Below the pieces are notes generated by a model. It searched no databases and was not told where the DNA came from. It saw only the letters and a program-made list of their open reading frames with translations. Source: Raillietiella orientalis (lineage: Eukaryota). From it: a DNA stretch of 64,000 nt. Location of the stretch: assembly GCA_036172245.1 (NCBI GenBank), contig JAYWIR010000004.1, positions 744,001-808,000 on the forward strand, written 5' to 3'. This document shows, in pieces, positions 13,025-26,471 of this stretch. The position numbers and the translations under genes were made by a program. Every line of letters begins with the position of its first letter. Within the stretch, counting starts at the first letter, position 1.

Positions 13025-16000
13025 ATGGGGCATGAACTTTCTTTCAGCGCTTTAAAATTCAAAGTCATCAAGGGCGTGGCAGTCGTCGATCTAAAGGAAG
13101 ACTGGAGAAGAATTGTTGTCGCGTCAGAGACCAGAGAGAGTCTTCTGCTTGAAAAGTTAGCTACTGAGCTACTACCCTTTGGTGAGGTCCGAAGACAAGT
13201 TCAAGGATGCATCCGGGTGCGAGAAGCGAGGAGTTCTTCCTTGAATGCTCCGTCTGGTCCACTCAGAAATAAGAGGATTCGGACAATTTTTGCATCCCCT
13301 TTTTCATGCATTCTTTCGCTAACTTTCCTCTTCTTCATCCTGATATCATGGCCTGCACTATCCGTTCTCCTGTTTCTCCAGGATGAGGAAATGGATGACC
13401 AGGTATGATGGAAGGAAGTGTGAGGTTCTAAGAGTGCAACGCTGTTGACTTATTACGTGCAGCCTGGATCATTTCAACACACCGATCATCATGTTCCTCA
13501 AGGCTAAGATGAAAATATCGCTGCTAGTGGGAAGGGATGGAAATAGCGGCCTCTAGAGGAGTGGTCTGTGTCTATAAAGCTAGCTAACCTGATGAAAGAG
13601 GGATTCATGAGGAGAGAATTGTAGTCACTTTGACCTGCCTTGCCCTTGAAACGAAGCGTCATCGGCTCACGATTGTAACCGGAGGAGTTCAGATGGCTCA
13701 GATCAACGTTAAGCCAAGCATAGAAAATACCTTGGGAAATGACCTCATCAGACGAAGTTTGCTCAATCTCGTGCGTTTCAGAAAATGGATCAGACGTTCC
13801 ATCGAAACCTCGGTTTCGGTTCGGGTCTCTTCAACCAGTGACGCCACGGCCTTTATTTCCTACCGAAAATGAGCACACAGAAATGGACCCGCATCCCTGT
13901 GACACAGTTGGTTCGTGACGGAAACGCAAGGACACGCAGGTCATCCACTTGCGGCCCCCACATCCGGAGATGGTAGGGGAGAATAAATGAAATAGATAAA
14001 TACAAGGGAAGCGTGATTAAGTGGCTGCAGCCTTGGTAGCCTTCATGAGATGCAGACAACGTCCTTCATCACTTAGTGATCCAGCTGTGAGACCATTTTC
14101 TCACTCTACGATTCCGGGATGCGAGGATCAGAGTGGCTCGCCTCTGGCATTTGTTCCACTCCGCAACCAAGAGTGCTTCCACCGTGTTGCTGCGTGAGCC
14201 AACTCAAGACTTTTGCTTAGTGCAGCTGGCGAGAGACCAAACTTCCAGGCGTCTGGTGCTCGGCGGCAGCTGGTGGACTAGACGGCGAAGACGCTCCCCC
14301 CAGCGTTTCCGCGTCCAAGGACTACTCCGGCGTGCGGAGTTCTTAGAACTTTCCTCGTAAGCCACTTCAGCGTCCCTACGATGCACACACAGTTCCGCAC
14401 TTTTCCTTCAGGTGGCAGAACGTTGCGGTGCGTTCCTCACACCAGAGTTCCCCGCACCACGAACGCTTAGGCGCCTGCGTACGGAGAGCAGTGATTGCCC
14501 TCAAGCTGGATCGTTATTGATCCTGGTTGTGGACAGCAGAGCACGCCATCTAAACGTTCGCCATCTGGATCTGCAGCTTTGTGCCACCTGGAAGAAGATC
14601 TAAGAATTCCGGTCGAAGCGAATTTTGAGAAACTTTGCTCTGCTCTGATGGCTTCTTCAGTAGTTTGGAATCTGAGGATCTAGGTAGGAAAGTCATGCGT
14701 GTGATCGTGGAGGACGCTCAAGACCAGAACGCCATCCCCAGGAGAAATGCCGGAATCAAAATGTTGATGGAAAGAAAAAGAGACCTTGCAACATCATTCA
14801 AAGCATGAGTGACACTGCTGCGGTAGCCTCTATCCACGCTGTCTCATCTGATCATCGTGAACGGCGGAAGACCATTCCTGTGAACCTGCTTCCAGGAAGA
14901 CATGGAAGGGAAACATAAAGATGGATGAGGATTTTCGCTACTTCACGTCATTCTGGTGAATCCTATATTCATGGAAACCGTTTCTACGGCAAATGACCTC
15001 AGGTTTCATCGTTGCCAAAAAAGAAGTAAAGCTGGAAAAAAAGTAAAGCCTCTCGTCCTGGAAAACTGAACAATTCTCTTGTCCATTAGGATCTCTGAGG
15101 GCTCAAGAGGACTTCACATGCAATGATTTTTTGCCCCTGATGGCCACAGAAGAGAATAAATACAAAACAAATGCGCGGGGGGGATAGGTAAGTTTGCCGA
15201 CTCTGAATCTTCCATTCGTCTTTTCTGTCACATGTAAATTAATCTTCACACCGGGAGCAGTCTGCTTGGATCCTGGAAGTGAAAGTGCCTCCCCCCAAGA
15301 AACGGTGCAACCTTGAACGCACTCATTGAGCATTTCACCATCTTGCATCAGTCAAATTCCTGCCAGCAAAAATCGGCAGCAGCAGGTATTCGTGGGGGAA
15401 GAAAATCTTCTTCCTCCTTGTCCAGGCCTGATGGTGATAAAATGCTTCTGAGGTAAGCACAGTGAGGTCACGCTTCTCTTCATCCCGCAGAGAGAGACAG
15501 AGGTTTCCAGACCAGGGCACTATACAAAGAAGTGTTCTACAGTGCTGCAGATGTCTTTCCGATCGCTTTGCAGATACCTACCATCCATTTGGGGCTTGGT
15601 AATGCCACCACTCTTCAGAGGAGACACATTCTTCTCCTGCAAGGAGGTGCTTTCCATCGAATACCCGCTTAATATGTCACCTGCCTAACCCTTTCCCTGC
15701 TGTAGGCGGACTTCATTTGTCTTTGCACCTTTAGGTGAATCCTGGGCGTCTGGGCTACACTACGGAAACGATGGACGGTCCATTGCATTTTTGTGAGAAC
15801 TATCCGTCTCATTCGTAGGCACCATGAGGAGTCGTCAGATCGGTTGATGCAGTGGTAGTAATGGCTGTAAAGCAAACGATGAATCTAAGCATTTTGTCCA
15901 CTCTCTTTTGCTGGTAGGCAAGATGGTGGATATTTAACTAGTTTTACTGGTCAATGTTCACGGTACCTACAGCAAGCTGGAGATCAGTTTATGAAATTCT

Positions 16001-17064
16001 TGCAGAATCCTTTTCGTCTCTTGTCGGCCGAAGGGAGCCGGCTGATTCGACGGCTCTTTGACCTCCTCCATCTGGTTCCACTCCCTGCGTTTACCATCAT
16101 ACTCCTAGAGCAGCTTTTTTTTGAGGACCCAGAGATCGGCAGCCTTCCACGGGAGTCGAAATGCTACATCCATGGCATGGGGTACGACACTGTGAGTCGG
16201 TAAGCAAGGACGGCAAGACGAGGATGGTATTCCTTCAATTACCTACATGCTGAGGAGTACAGCGAGGGGATCCCACCTAGTAAGAGTGAGAAAGGAACTT
16301 TCATTCTTCAGAAGGTGGGGACGGGGATACCTTGCACGGAGATCACCGGAAGATCTCATCTGGATGCCGATCTGCGAGTTGGTCTTGTAACTCCTCTTAA
16401 AGAGCTACGACCCGTGTCAGGCCCAAAGTTCTTCCTTGTTTATTTCTTCCTACTCGTATTGCTATTCCAAAAGGTACGGTGGATGCTCTGGGATGTCACA
16501 TTTCTCCCCAAATGCTCCTGGAGGACGCGGTTCTGCCACTGGTCACGACCAGGGTGAGGAAGCAGTACCATTTTCCCTGCAGCAGTCGCTGCAAATCCTT
16601 GTGGAGGAGAGCTTTTTTGAAGAAGCACAGGTGGGATCTCTTTGCAAAAGCTGTTCAGTGAGAGCATGAAAGTGAGGAACGCGCTATTAGGGAGTGGCGA
16701 TAGCATGGTCAGCAGCATGCCGTGAAGGAGCAACGGCCGCGAGATACCGATAACTACGATCCTAGCAGACAGAGATCTTATTTGCAATTTCCGAGGTAAC
16801 CAATGAGATTCCATGCTCCAGTCACACGCTGCAGGAGTCCCATTAAAATGGCACGACAGTGGCGTTCTTCCTGCTCTAGTGGTCCTTATAAGGAGAGAGG
16901 GTGCAACACTTACAGTCCTTACTTTCCATCCACTGAGAACTCATCGTAAGTGTCCAGTCTTTGGATGTTGTTTCTACCGCTATTGCTCAGTTTTCATCGA
17001 AGCCAAACATCTGTTTATCCGTCCGCTCAAAGATGCCGTGTGGCAACCGCGAGAGCCCATGTAA
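13025..17064 (+). mobile_element. Heavily decayed LINE, possibly near full length
   Basis: SSDH (~14845), SRPDG (~15425), GYDTVSR (~16190), ALGCHI (~16490), C-terminal 'CFYRYC....AKHLF......VW' zf-RVT-like; the 5' ORF1 assignment is a guess. Confidence 0.6.
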
Positions 17065-17660
17065 TCAGGGACGCCTGTTCTCAGCACGAGCAAGGGACGA
17101 GAATCTGGAAAAATACAATGCCGGCGGTCAGAAGGAGTACAAGGGTGCGGGTCAAATGCATGGCAGGAGAGGAGCGTCCGAGGAAAAATTGGGAATGTCT
17201 ACACCGACAAAAAAAAGGGACGACGCGCTGCTGGGTGTCACTTCTTCTGTCTCTATTTTAAGATTGACGGCTGAAGGAAGTCTGTGCAGCTTCCCTCGAG
17301 ATGAATGGCGAACAAGGGAAACGCTCCATCGGTTCGCTTCGCTGAGTCGCTCCTCAGCTGCCAACTTTTCCTTTTCCTGGATGCTCGTTTGCTTGGAGAC
17401 ACCGAGAGCAGCAAGGAACACTTTGCCCAAACACAGTTACCATCTGCAAGACGGAAAGCTCGCCATATGGAAGAGAGAAAGGAAACCTTGCCGTTTCCAT
17501 GACAAAAACAAACGGAAACGTTAGAGCGAGGCAAGCATCCTTTGTTCCTGGAATCGGAACTTCAGTTCCCGATGGTCTTTCGGCTGCTTCCATTTCTCAT
17601 TCTTTCCAGATTAGCACACACGTACATGCGCATCTGGAGAGAACATTGAATGATCCTCCC

Positions 17661-17711
17661 GGGGGATAGCCACTCTCGATGTAGGGGGATAACCACTCAG
17701 GGGATAACCAC
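17661..17711 (+). repeat. Three copies of GGGGATA(A/G)CCAC
   Basis: Directly visible at ~17662, 17685 and 17700. Confidence 0.85.
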
Positions 17712-18201
17712 GCTTGATGCAGACAGACAGATCAGAAACCGCTCCAGCTCTCGGAACCGATCAGAGATTCAGGCCGGATGCCTTCGGAGAATTCCGTTGA
17801 GCTTTGCCTCGGCCACTCTGAAACAGCCAACAACTCGTAGTGATCAGAAATGCACTCAGTGATCTTCTCCACGGAGTGGAGCACTTCCTGGAATCAGGAT
17901 CAGGGAGGAGAAATTTATGGTTTCTTCTGTTTGGGCTCTGGATGCCACAGTTTGTTTCCTTGATCTGGTCAGGAAAATCTCGTAAATCTTCACTGATGCT
18001 ACTCTCCAAGGATGCAGCTCCCTTCCTTTCCCACAGCACCGTCTCTTCTATACTTTTCAAGCTCTAAATCCTTCAAAAATACCTTCGGGGCTATTCAAAC
18101 GGCACTCTTCTTCAGCCCAGGTATGGTACCCGTTCATAGAGGCACAGGTATCTCCAGCTTGCCATGGTTACTGGAGTCTCGATTTCTGCAAACGGGGGAG
18201 G

Positions 18202-19335
18202 TCAGCTTCTGAGTGCAGCTACCAAACTGGTAAGCCGAATTGTCCAGGAAGTACCTGCAGTTTCTCTCAGTCGGTGCTCTTCAGGCTCCGGAATGCTTTG
18301 GCGTCGCTCCTTGACGGCGCTTGGGTGATTCCGCCCTCCCTCGCGAGCGGCAGCACAAGGTGCACTGGGTTTCCCAATGCAGAAGGAGTGGGCAACTTGC
18401 TCTGAAGAAGAAAGCATCCGTGGAATGCGCCAGGTAAGAGACAATCGAGGCAATCCCGTATCTCCTGTTGGACCTTGGAGCACGCCTTTGTATTCGCAAG
18501 TGTCCTGCTGCAGCGCTCCTTCCTCTGACCTCCTGAGCCGCCGCCTCCCTGCCTGAGAGGGACTTTCGCCTGCTGCAGCAGCAGAGTCGCAACGTCCTCT
18601 GGCGAAAAAAAAGAAAACAGTGTACATTAGAAACGTTAGAAATCAGTGGACGAAATTCTTGCGATAAGAAGGACATCGGAATGGGCCGGGACCATAAAAA
18701 TTGAAGAGGACTGAACCTATCCCAGGACAGAGCAAAAGAAAGAGTAGGAAAGGTGGAGGAGGTTCGAGGAGCGAATAAATAAATGGAAGTAGTATTAAAC
18801 TACCATGCAGACGTCAAACACTGGCTCCGAGGGCTCTTCAATGGCAGGAGTGAGGACAAAGGAATGGGGTTCGGTCACTGCTTTCGAGGTAGTCTGATAC
18901 AGCAATCGCCTTGAAGCCCCTTTGCACTTTGCATCCCAAACTAAAACTCCTCCTGACCCTTAGGACGAGAGTAATGTCTTTCGAGGGAGACTCTCGATGA
19001 TGGTCATCCCCGTCTTCCATCCAGGCGACTGCCATTACCGCACTCGCACGTGTCAGAGGAATGGCAGTTGGTGAGCCCGGAGGAGTGACCTCCGCTGTCA
19101 TAGGTTAAGAGAGACGATAAATTATCCAGGAATCAGAGTGCCTCTGGACGTGCGCCCGTGACTGCTGCCGCCTCTGGAACATTCCGGAAGCACGCGCGGA
19201 GGTAGAAAGAGCTCTCCCCACGATCCCGCAATGGGTGCGTTCCCCCCTCTGAGGCGCTCCGACGGAGGTCCTAGTGCCTGATAGAATGGCTACTGGCAGC
19301 GCAGGGAAAGGTTGCAGACGGCGACAGGAAACCAC
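18202..19335 (-). pseudogene. Degenerate PMD-like ORF
   Basis: RTHCG, WIIYRL, KDITLVLRV..FSLG, RYGIASIVSYL in family order. Confidence 0.45.
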
Positions 19336-19499
19336 CGGTCTCGAGGTTTCCCCGGAATTTCAGGAACGCCTATCTTCCTTCGCGGACCGCGAGCGAGGTC
19401 TCTGGGCGTGGCTGCAGCCGGCAGCCGAGGTGCGTTCTGTCGGTTGATGGAAGGCCGCCACCAGCCTCCTGAAAAACCAGCTCCCCCGATACTGCAAAG

Positions 19500-20430
19500 A
19501 AATCCAGCTCTTTCTCTTCTCACAGACGTGATTGGATGAGAATGCTCCAGGCTTTCCTCCCAAACAACGTCTTTCTTCTCTGCCTTCTCTAAGACTGGCA
19601 CACTCATTAGATGGTGGTAGAGATGGACCAGAGAAGTCCCAAACTGGTCCTCTGAGTAATGGTGACCAGCCCTCATCGAGCCTTCTCCTTCTCATGGAAA
19701 TTGTGCGGACGAGTCTTGAGAGAAAGATCTCCAACCGAATCTCATCAAGAAGAACAAAACCAGAAATTTCTTCCTTTGCATACTTGTCCTTCCCATTTTC
19801 CCAAAGGAAGAGTATGTTCCAGCCCTTCTCATGGAAGATCTTTTAAAAGCCACACTCAGGCGACGATGACCACTTGAAAAGTTCTCCGAGACTTTTCTTC
19901 TGCACCTTTCGCTTAGTGGCCACCCGAAATATCTTGTTTGGAGTTCGGCAAACTTCGAAACATTTCGGTGTCTCCCCTTTTCCTCCCTGATGCACCCAAT
20001 GCTTGGGCGCATTTTACCCGAAAGACCAGAAGGATGGAATCATTCGAGCCCTCAGTTGAAATCCCTTGGAGTCACAAGGAGGCTTGAAGGCTAGAACCGA
20101 AGCAAAATTACCAGCAGCAGAGATGTCTCTCACGAGAAGCAGCATCTGTTCGCTATCGTCCGGTTTCATCTGCCTCCCTCTAGACCCCTGTAATAGGCCC
20201 TTTGCCTTGCTGGAAGTCAAAGTGAGACGAGTGCAAAGATCTATGCTTTTTTCTTCATTCTCCGAGAACTCCCACATCACTATGAGTGATGACTGAAAAG
20301 TGGAAGCCTCCCAGAAGGATCCGGAAGCTGCTTTAAGAGCAACTGAAGAAGAATGGAGAAAGACAAACTGTGACGTCAGTGCGATAACTAAAACGACTTC
20401 TGAAAGGGTATAGACACATAGACTCACCTA
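19500..20430 (-). mobile_element. Possible LINE ORF2 remnant
   Basis: QMKPDD (cf. FADD) followed by RYFGWPL (cf. KYLG.PL). Confidence 0.3.
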
Positions 20431-20884
20431 GCTAGGCCCTTTCTGGCTTAAAGAACGTTGGGACTTCGAAAACCCTCTCTTTGATGACACGCACCAAGAA
20501 GGATTGACAGGGGATGCAGTTCCGTCTTCAAGTGCTCGGCCTTCAACGCCCACTCCTTGAATAACTCGCATCCCGGAGCGGTGAAAATAAGGATCTGAAT
20601 CGAACGGTTGTCTTCATGCTTCCACTTTGATTAGCGAGCTTACACGCTTCCTTTCGTGAAACCAGGAGGAATGGCCAAAAAAGAAGAAAAAAGAATGCGT
20701 GTTTGAAGCGACACCGAAGGGTCATGGTTGATGGGCACAGTTGAATTGCTTGCACGCGTTCACATTTTCGGATCATTTATGATTTTCCAATGATCGCCAT
20801 TCTAGAAAAAGATCGGAAGATCTTTCGAGAGCTTTCCATTTCCTTAAATGCCGATAGTATTTATGAGCATCGTGACGTCACCAC

Positions 20885-21271
20885 TCATTCTCGGCAGCAC
20901 TGCTTGCGTCTCCTTGAATAGGAATGCAATCCGGCTTTTCCTTCGGACAAAACTGGTTCCGTCACCCTCTCCACGTCCCCCACTGACGAAAACGCTAGCA
21001 GCGAACTGCTCCGGTACAGGAATTTTTCCATGTTTTTTTTGTTCCTTTGTCGTAGTCGGAACCCTGCTGTATTCTCTGACAGCTTCCGTGAGTGCAGATG
21101 TGAATCCTCATGCATTCCAGTCGGAGGAAAGACGCTGCAAGCCTCTCTGGAAACGTGTGGATCCGTCTTGAAAAATCGCAAGGATGCTCGCGGCAAACTC
21201 GACCAGAGCGAAAAGAAGAAACACCCGGCTCCGTACCAAAGCCGTGCGCTCCGCTCAAGGCAGACGATCAA
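20885..21271 (-). pseudogene. Possible PMD-like fragment
   Basis: 'FFSLWSSLPRASLRFFK' weakly fits the ALV..W...TF block. Confidence 0.2.
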
Positions 21272-21949
21272 CTGATCGAGTCCCCTCTCTCAGAGATCCA
21301 TTGAGCTCCCTTCCTCATCCGAAACAACACACGTCGCTAAGTCTGTCTTTCCCGAGGACCTCGGATTCTCCTTTCGGCGTCTCTCGCATTTGGCGTTTCT
21401 CCAGTAACTCGAGATCGTCCGAACCACACCCGAAAGCCGTCCGCCTTGTTCGAACTTCGCTTCCCTCAACGGACCCGCGGGACCTCAATGGAGCATCGAC
21501 TCCTGCGCCAGAAGCTTCTGCCCCAGGGAGAAACTTCCGTTTGCCCCACTGCTCGCAGCCATGCTCGACGGACCAACCTGTGCCTTCCTCACACGCCGCG
21601 AGGCAGCACCTCTTTTGAGCCGCGGGCTGGCTCGCTCCGCTTCCGTGACCGCCGCTGGGCTGCAGCGACTCCGCGCTCTCTCCTCGGATCATCCCCTCCC
21701 CCGCAGCAGCGAGCCACAGCGCCTGTCCCGGCATCTGGTGAGCTCGCATCCGGTGCCTGGGCCCGTCGTTCGCTCCGCCTTGCAGCCACGGCTCCGAGCA
21801 CGGAGACATGGGTGACCAGCGTGACCACTCCTGCATTTCCGACAGTCTCACCTGAGGCTGTCTGTCTCTCGCCCCCTTTCAAAGTTTGAGGACAGGACGA
21901 CCTCATTCCGCACCCGGGGGCTCCCACCATCCGATACCCGGGATAAGAA

Positions 21950-22660
21950 CTCCGCCCTCGCCCTCCGCTTCGGCATGCGCCAGTGGGTCTGAGGCGATGA
22001 TGCTGGTAAGCGCCGGTGATGATGTCAAGGATACATGATGGTTTTGTCTTATACTGTGATGAGAACGGTGGTGGCTGGATAATGGCCATGATCATCGTTG
22101 ATGGAAGTGAGATCGTGGTGTAATGCCAAAGACGAGGAAGCTCATCTGGGCCATCCTGTGCATCTTTCGTCTAAGTGCCCACAGGTTGTTACGATCAATT
22201 TGCAGCTTGAGATCGCTGCGGTCCATGACCAGAGTTTCCGTGCCGGCCGGTCTGATTCCTCTACATCTCTGCCGTTGATGGCATCTAGGTGCAGAATGCA
22301 GACAACGCCCTTTCACGCCCGATGTGGTTGTGGCGTTAGCTATCGACAATCAGACTGCTGAGACATGAGTCGGGTCAGGTCACCCACTTGAAGGATCCCA
22401 TATGTCCACCACTTCCCTCCCAGGAGTGCGCTGCCTACCACTTCCGTGACCTTTTTGTTCTTCGCTTCGCCGGTCCTCATCATGATCGGTCTCGGATGCG
22501 GAATGTTCCATGCCGGAGCGTCCTTGCTGCGCAGATGCAGCCTGGCATCCGAGACGGCCTCCACCTTGCCGCAAGGAGCGCACGCGCGTACACAAGAAGC
22601 ACGCAAGCAGGCAGGCAGGCAGGAAATCGTTTCCGACTTTCGCTCCCCGGGATGCAAGCG
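21950..22660 (-). pseudogene. Possible Ulp1/C48-protease-like remnant
   Basis: 'LQVGDLTRL', 'SINDDH', 'IMAII...KPSCILD' across frames resemble the Ulp1 DL..L / N..HW.L.II / CIL.D blocks; weak. Confidence 0.22.
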
Positions 22661-22949
22661 ATTTGCGCCCCCTCGTAACCGCGCTTACCCGGATTCGTCA
22701 TTTGCATGGTGAACACATTTGAGAGCGAAGATGTGTCAGCAGCAAAAATTTATTGTTGCATGTCGCACTCTGCTTCATTTCACTGATTTTCGGAAACAAT
22801 CGAGGTCCTCCTCCAAGTCGAGGACTTCATCCATTTTTCCAGGACAACCCAGAGGATGGCTTTTCCCTTTTCTGATGGTTGCTCTTTTTTTTTTTTCACT
22901 ATGTTTTATTTTCCTTCTCGCTCCAGATATTATATTTTGGGGAAATCTC

Positions 22950-24425
22950 CCGTGAAGTGAAGTTGTTGCTCGTGGCAAGGTCACGGGATGTGCTCGAGAC
23001 GAGGACGCGAAGACTGACAGCCACGGAGCATTCTCTCTCAGGATTTAGTCGCCACCGTTCCTTCATCCCCTGGCCCCCGGAATTCGCGTCCCAGATGCGT
23101 GTGACGGCGATCGGCGCTAGCATCTTTGCAAGGACGATCGCCGCTGCCAAGGTCACCAAATCCCTGCCGTTCGTTGCTGCCCTTATTCGAACCGGGCCTT
23201 CATTCAAAGGCTCACGGCTATAGAGTGTGACGCGATGCAGCGGTCCGAACAAGGTCTGCTTGAGTAGCCGGCGCAACTATGTTCCTGGAAGATCACGGAG
23301 AAGACGGAACCACACGCCCCCGTCGTGCCGTCTCACTTTGGAAAGAATCGAGATGCAAGCGCAGTTTCAAATAACTCCAAATACTCTGTGCCAAGCTGTG
23401 GAGTTTCCCATTGTGTGATTCGCTGCCGGCGCATTATCCTCCGGAGATGCGCCGGCAGCGAAGGACTGCTCTCGTTGCTGCCGGGCACCTGTTACAGGAT
23501 GTGGAGATTCGGCTTCCCCCTCAGGCAACTCGCCTCTCTAGTGGAAGTCCATTTGTGGATGCCGACCGATTAACCACAATGCTTGGCTGTTAAGAAGATG
23601 GAGCTGTTGTATCATAAGCTGTATCCCAGGAAATGAGCCCTCAGGATCTTTGCCCCCTGCGACATCTGTTGCCTCGACCACTGGAGGTGATGACGCAGGA
23701 CGCGGCGGAGCATTCTTCTCTGGCCGCCACACCTCTTGCCGAAGCGCTGTCTTCCCTCAGGGCAAGCGACGACAGTAGCCGACCAGTGGGGTTGGGGTTG
23801 AAGTTTTCCTGAACCATCGAGGGAAGAACTAAACTCCTTGACGACTGGAAGACGCGCGAGATGGTCGATGCTGCCACTCCACGTGCTTTGGCGACGACGA
23901 ACGCCATCAATGGAGTGAACTCTTGAGTTTAGTTCATGAAGAACTTGTGGTCCCTTTCCATTGCCTGGACACTTCTGCTTTTCCCCTCTCCTGGAAACAG
24001 TCCATGCTGCTCTTCATCCACTGGGGATTCCAGTGTAACCAGCGATGGCACCGAGTTTCCGGGGGGGTTGAATTCCCGAACTGTGCCAGTTGCGAGTCGG
24101 CGGAGTCGATCCCGCACCTGCTATCGGATTGCAGGGGCCTCCACGAACTGTGGCGAAGGCTGACTTTGGCGCTCCAGCGAACAGAAGAACACGGCCCGTG
24201 ACCTGCCGGACGTGGTGGACTCTCGCGGTTGGTTCAGCGATCGAGATGGAGAGTCACGTCCGCGCCGTCGTCACGACCCGCCATGTCTTGATGACGCGAG
24301 CTCAGCGAAGGAAGGTCGTCTACATGGCAGCCGCCTATATGAGGATAGCTGCTAGGTGGCACCCCCTGGAAGTGGTAGTCAAGGCGGAGATCGACGACAT
24401 ACAGCGCCGGTTGATGAACGGTTAG
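22950..24425 (+). mobile_element. LINE ORF2 3' end with CCHC zinc finger (zf-RVT-like)
   Basis: ORF 23923..24201 'CASCESAESIPHLLSDCRGLHELW'; stops and frameshifts present. Confidence 0.75.
23348..24410. repeat. Inverted repeat 2, left arm (~1.06 kb)
   Basis: Reverse complement of 27535-28597; coordinates sum to 51945. Confidence 0.97.
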
Positions 24426-24678
24426 GAACGGCGGATCCCAGTGAACCTTTTCCCTTCCTTTCCTTTATTTTTTTTTCTTATTCCCTATTCCCATTCGTTC
24501 CATAACTTCCCTGGTGCTTTTTGTCTTTATCCTGGTGCGAACGGAGAGATGCAAAAGATCTCTGCCCTCCTTGTTTATTTTGTTGCTGTTGTCCCTCGAT
24601 CCCTTCCCCCATTGCAGACTTTCTGTTGTCCCGGCCTGCGAGTCAGTGGACTCTCCCCTTGGACTTCTGTGTCCGTCC

Positions 24679-24699
24679 GTTGGGAACAGGGTTCCCAAC
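24679..24699 (+). other. Perfect 9-bp hairpin in pyrimidine-rich LINE 3' UTR
   Basis: GTTGGGAAC-AGG-GTTCCCAAC followed by a T-rich tract. Confidence 0.7.
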
Positions 24700-24814
24700 C
24701 GGTTTATTTTTTATAAAGTAAACGACCCTGTGTGATTGGGTGGAGAACCTTTTCATCCTTCCCAACACACATCTTCGCTTCCCTTGCTTTCTTACAGCAT
24801 CCGGGAGACCGAGC

Positions 24815-26400
24815 TCAGTCCCTGCGAGCGGCAGCCTCTGGAGCCTTGGAGCCGCGTCTTTCGAGTCTGCAGCTCTCCTGGCTGCGAGCGCTCTCGATCA
24901 CGCGGGGAGGAGTCACACGAGAGCCCAGGGTCGTCCGGAAGGCGGCAAGAATCACAGAGGTGAAGTTGCTTCTCCAGAAAAAAGGCATCGTCCCCTCCCG
25001 GTACCCCGCGAGGAGCAACTTGGCAACGGTTTGCGGGATCTCAGCAGGGCGGTGCCCTCTCCTGAACCACCCGTCACCTTCGATTCCAGCTCGTGGATTT
25101 CTTCTCTGCCCAGAGTGACGTTCACCAGGAGCTTCCCGGAAAATCATCCGGGAGCACCTGAAGGACCGTGTCTCCGATGCTGGGCGAGCTCGGATCACCC
25201 CGATACAGGAGCATCCGAAGACGGCGCAAAGGGACACGCGGGAGGGAGACGTACACGGACTGCCTCCCATATCTTTTCCCCTTCCATATCAAATCCCGAA
25301 GGACACACCCTGCAATCTTTCCGGAAAGAGGGGAAGGAACAGATGTGCCTGCCCCACAATAACCTACGTCTTCGATCTCGGTCATTCTTTCTGAGGGTTC
25401 CACATGTGCGTAGGAAAAGGTCTCCGAGTATTAAAGCGTGCGGACCGAAGGGTTCAAGTCTGGAGACGAACGGATGGATTCGGGTGGGTGGTCCAAGGAC
25501 GACGAAGTTGTTTCCCTGTGACCAGCGGTCGTCTCAAGAGCGAGATGGAGATGGGTACCCCGGGAATAAGCGCCACGCAGCTGCCCCTTCAAGAAGCGCG
25601 ACGGAGGAACAGGAAATCTTTGCTCAGTCTTTGCTCCATTCCGAGAGGAAGGATTTGGCCCAGCTGGGGGCTGGCGGCAAAGGCAGCGGCGCCCAAACCT
25701 AATTGGCGGTTGGTGGGTTGGAGCGGTTTTCACGCTTTTGTGGGCCGTCACTCGTCGGAAGCATCCAGGCGTTGCACACGAGCGGATGCCGGCTGGGAAG
25801 AAACTTCTCTCTCTCTACGCGGCTGGCTGGTGCCTTTCTGTTCGCTCCCAAGGGTCCAAAAGGGAAGACTTTGAATCCTGGGGACCTTCACGAGCAGATA
25901 TTAGCGCAAGCGATTCCATGCCGCCTCGGCATAGGGACTCGTTCTCTCCTAGATCTGCTTTCATCTGGACCCGTCCCAAGAAAAGAACCCTCATCTGCTG
26001 CCAAGCTACGGCACCACTCTGTCTGTAGAATCCACACTGTGTGCGCGGTGCTAAGTTTCTGCCGCCCCTTTGGTTCCTTCTGGATACGTTTTTCACATAC
26101 CCTATTGGTTACTACGTCACAGAGGTCGACGGGCGTGGTGCAGCCTGCTGAACGGAAGTTGCTAGGAGCTCATAGCGGCTGCCATATCCCACTGCGTTGC
26201 AGAAAATGCTTCATCCAGCTTCTTCCTCAACATAAGGAGGATGCTCCACTCACCTATTCAATTCTGACCATCCTCGAGCGCAGGTGTGTTAAAGACAAGT
26301 GGGAACATACGGTAGGCAGCGCTCCCTTCCGGCTCTCAGAAGCATCTGTGCATCAGTGCGCACGTTCCCATCACTTAGTTGAGATCCTATGGTCTCAGGT
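24815..26400 (-). pseudogene. Degenerate PMD-like ORF, convergent with LINE 3' end
   Basis: RTQCG, PTHQPP, SRVSLCAVFG, SNFTSVILAAF. Confidence 0.45.
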
Positions 26401-26471
26401 AGTGCGAAGCCCTGTAGCTTAAATGAGTGTAGGCAAGTGACCAGGAGGGTCACATAAAGACCAGCTGCGAA

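Noticed and set aside
20800..20830. Helitron 3' end (AAAGATC-GGAA-GATCTTT hairpin next to CTAG)
   Set aside because: Stem is AT-rich and abuts CTAG; no Rep/helicase remnants found
24740..26422. Long plus-strand ORFs (320 aa and 239 aa) as real genes
   Set aside because: No recognisable domain; they are antisense to PMD-like motifs in GC-rich DNA, so likely shadow ORFs
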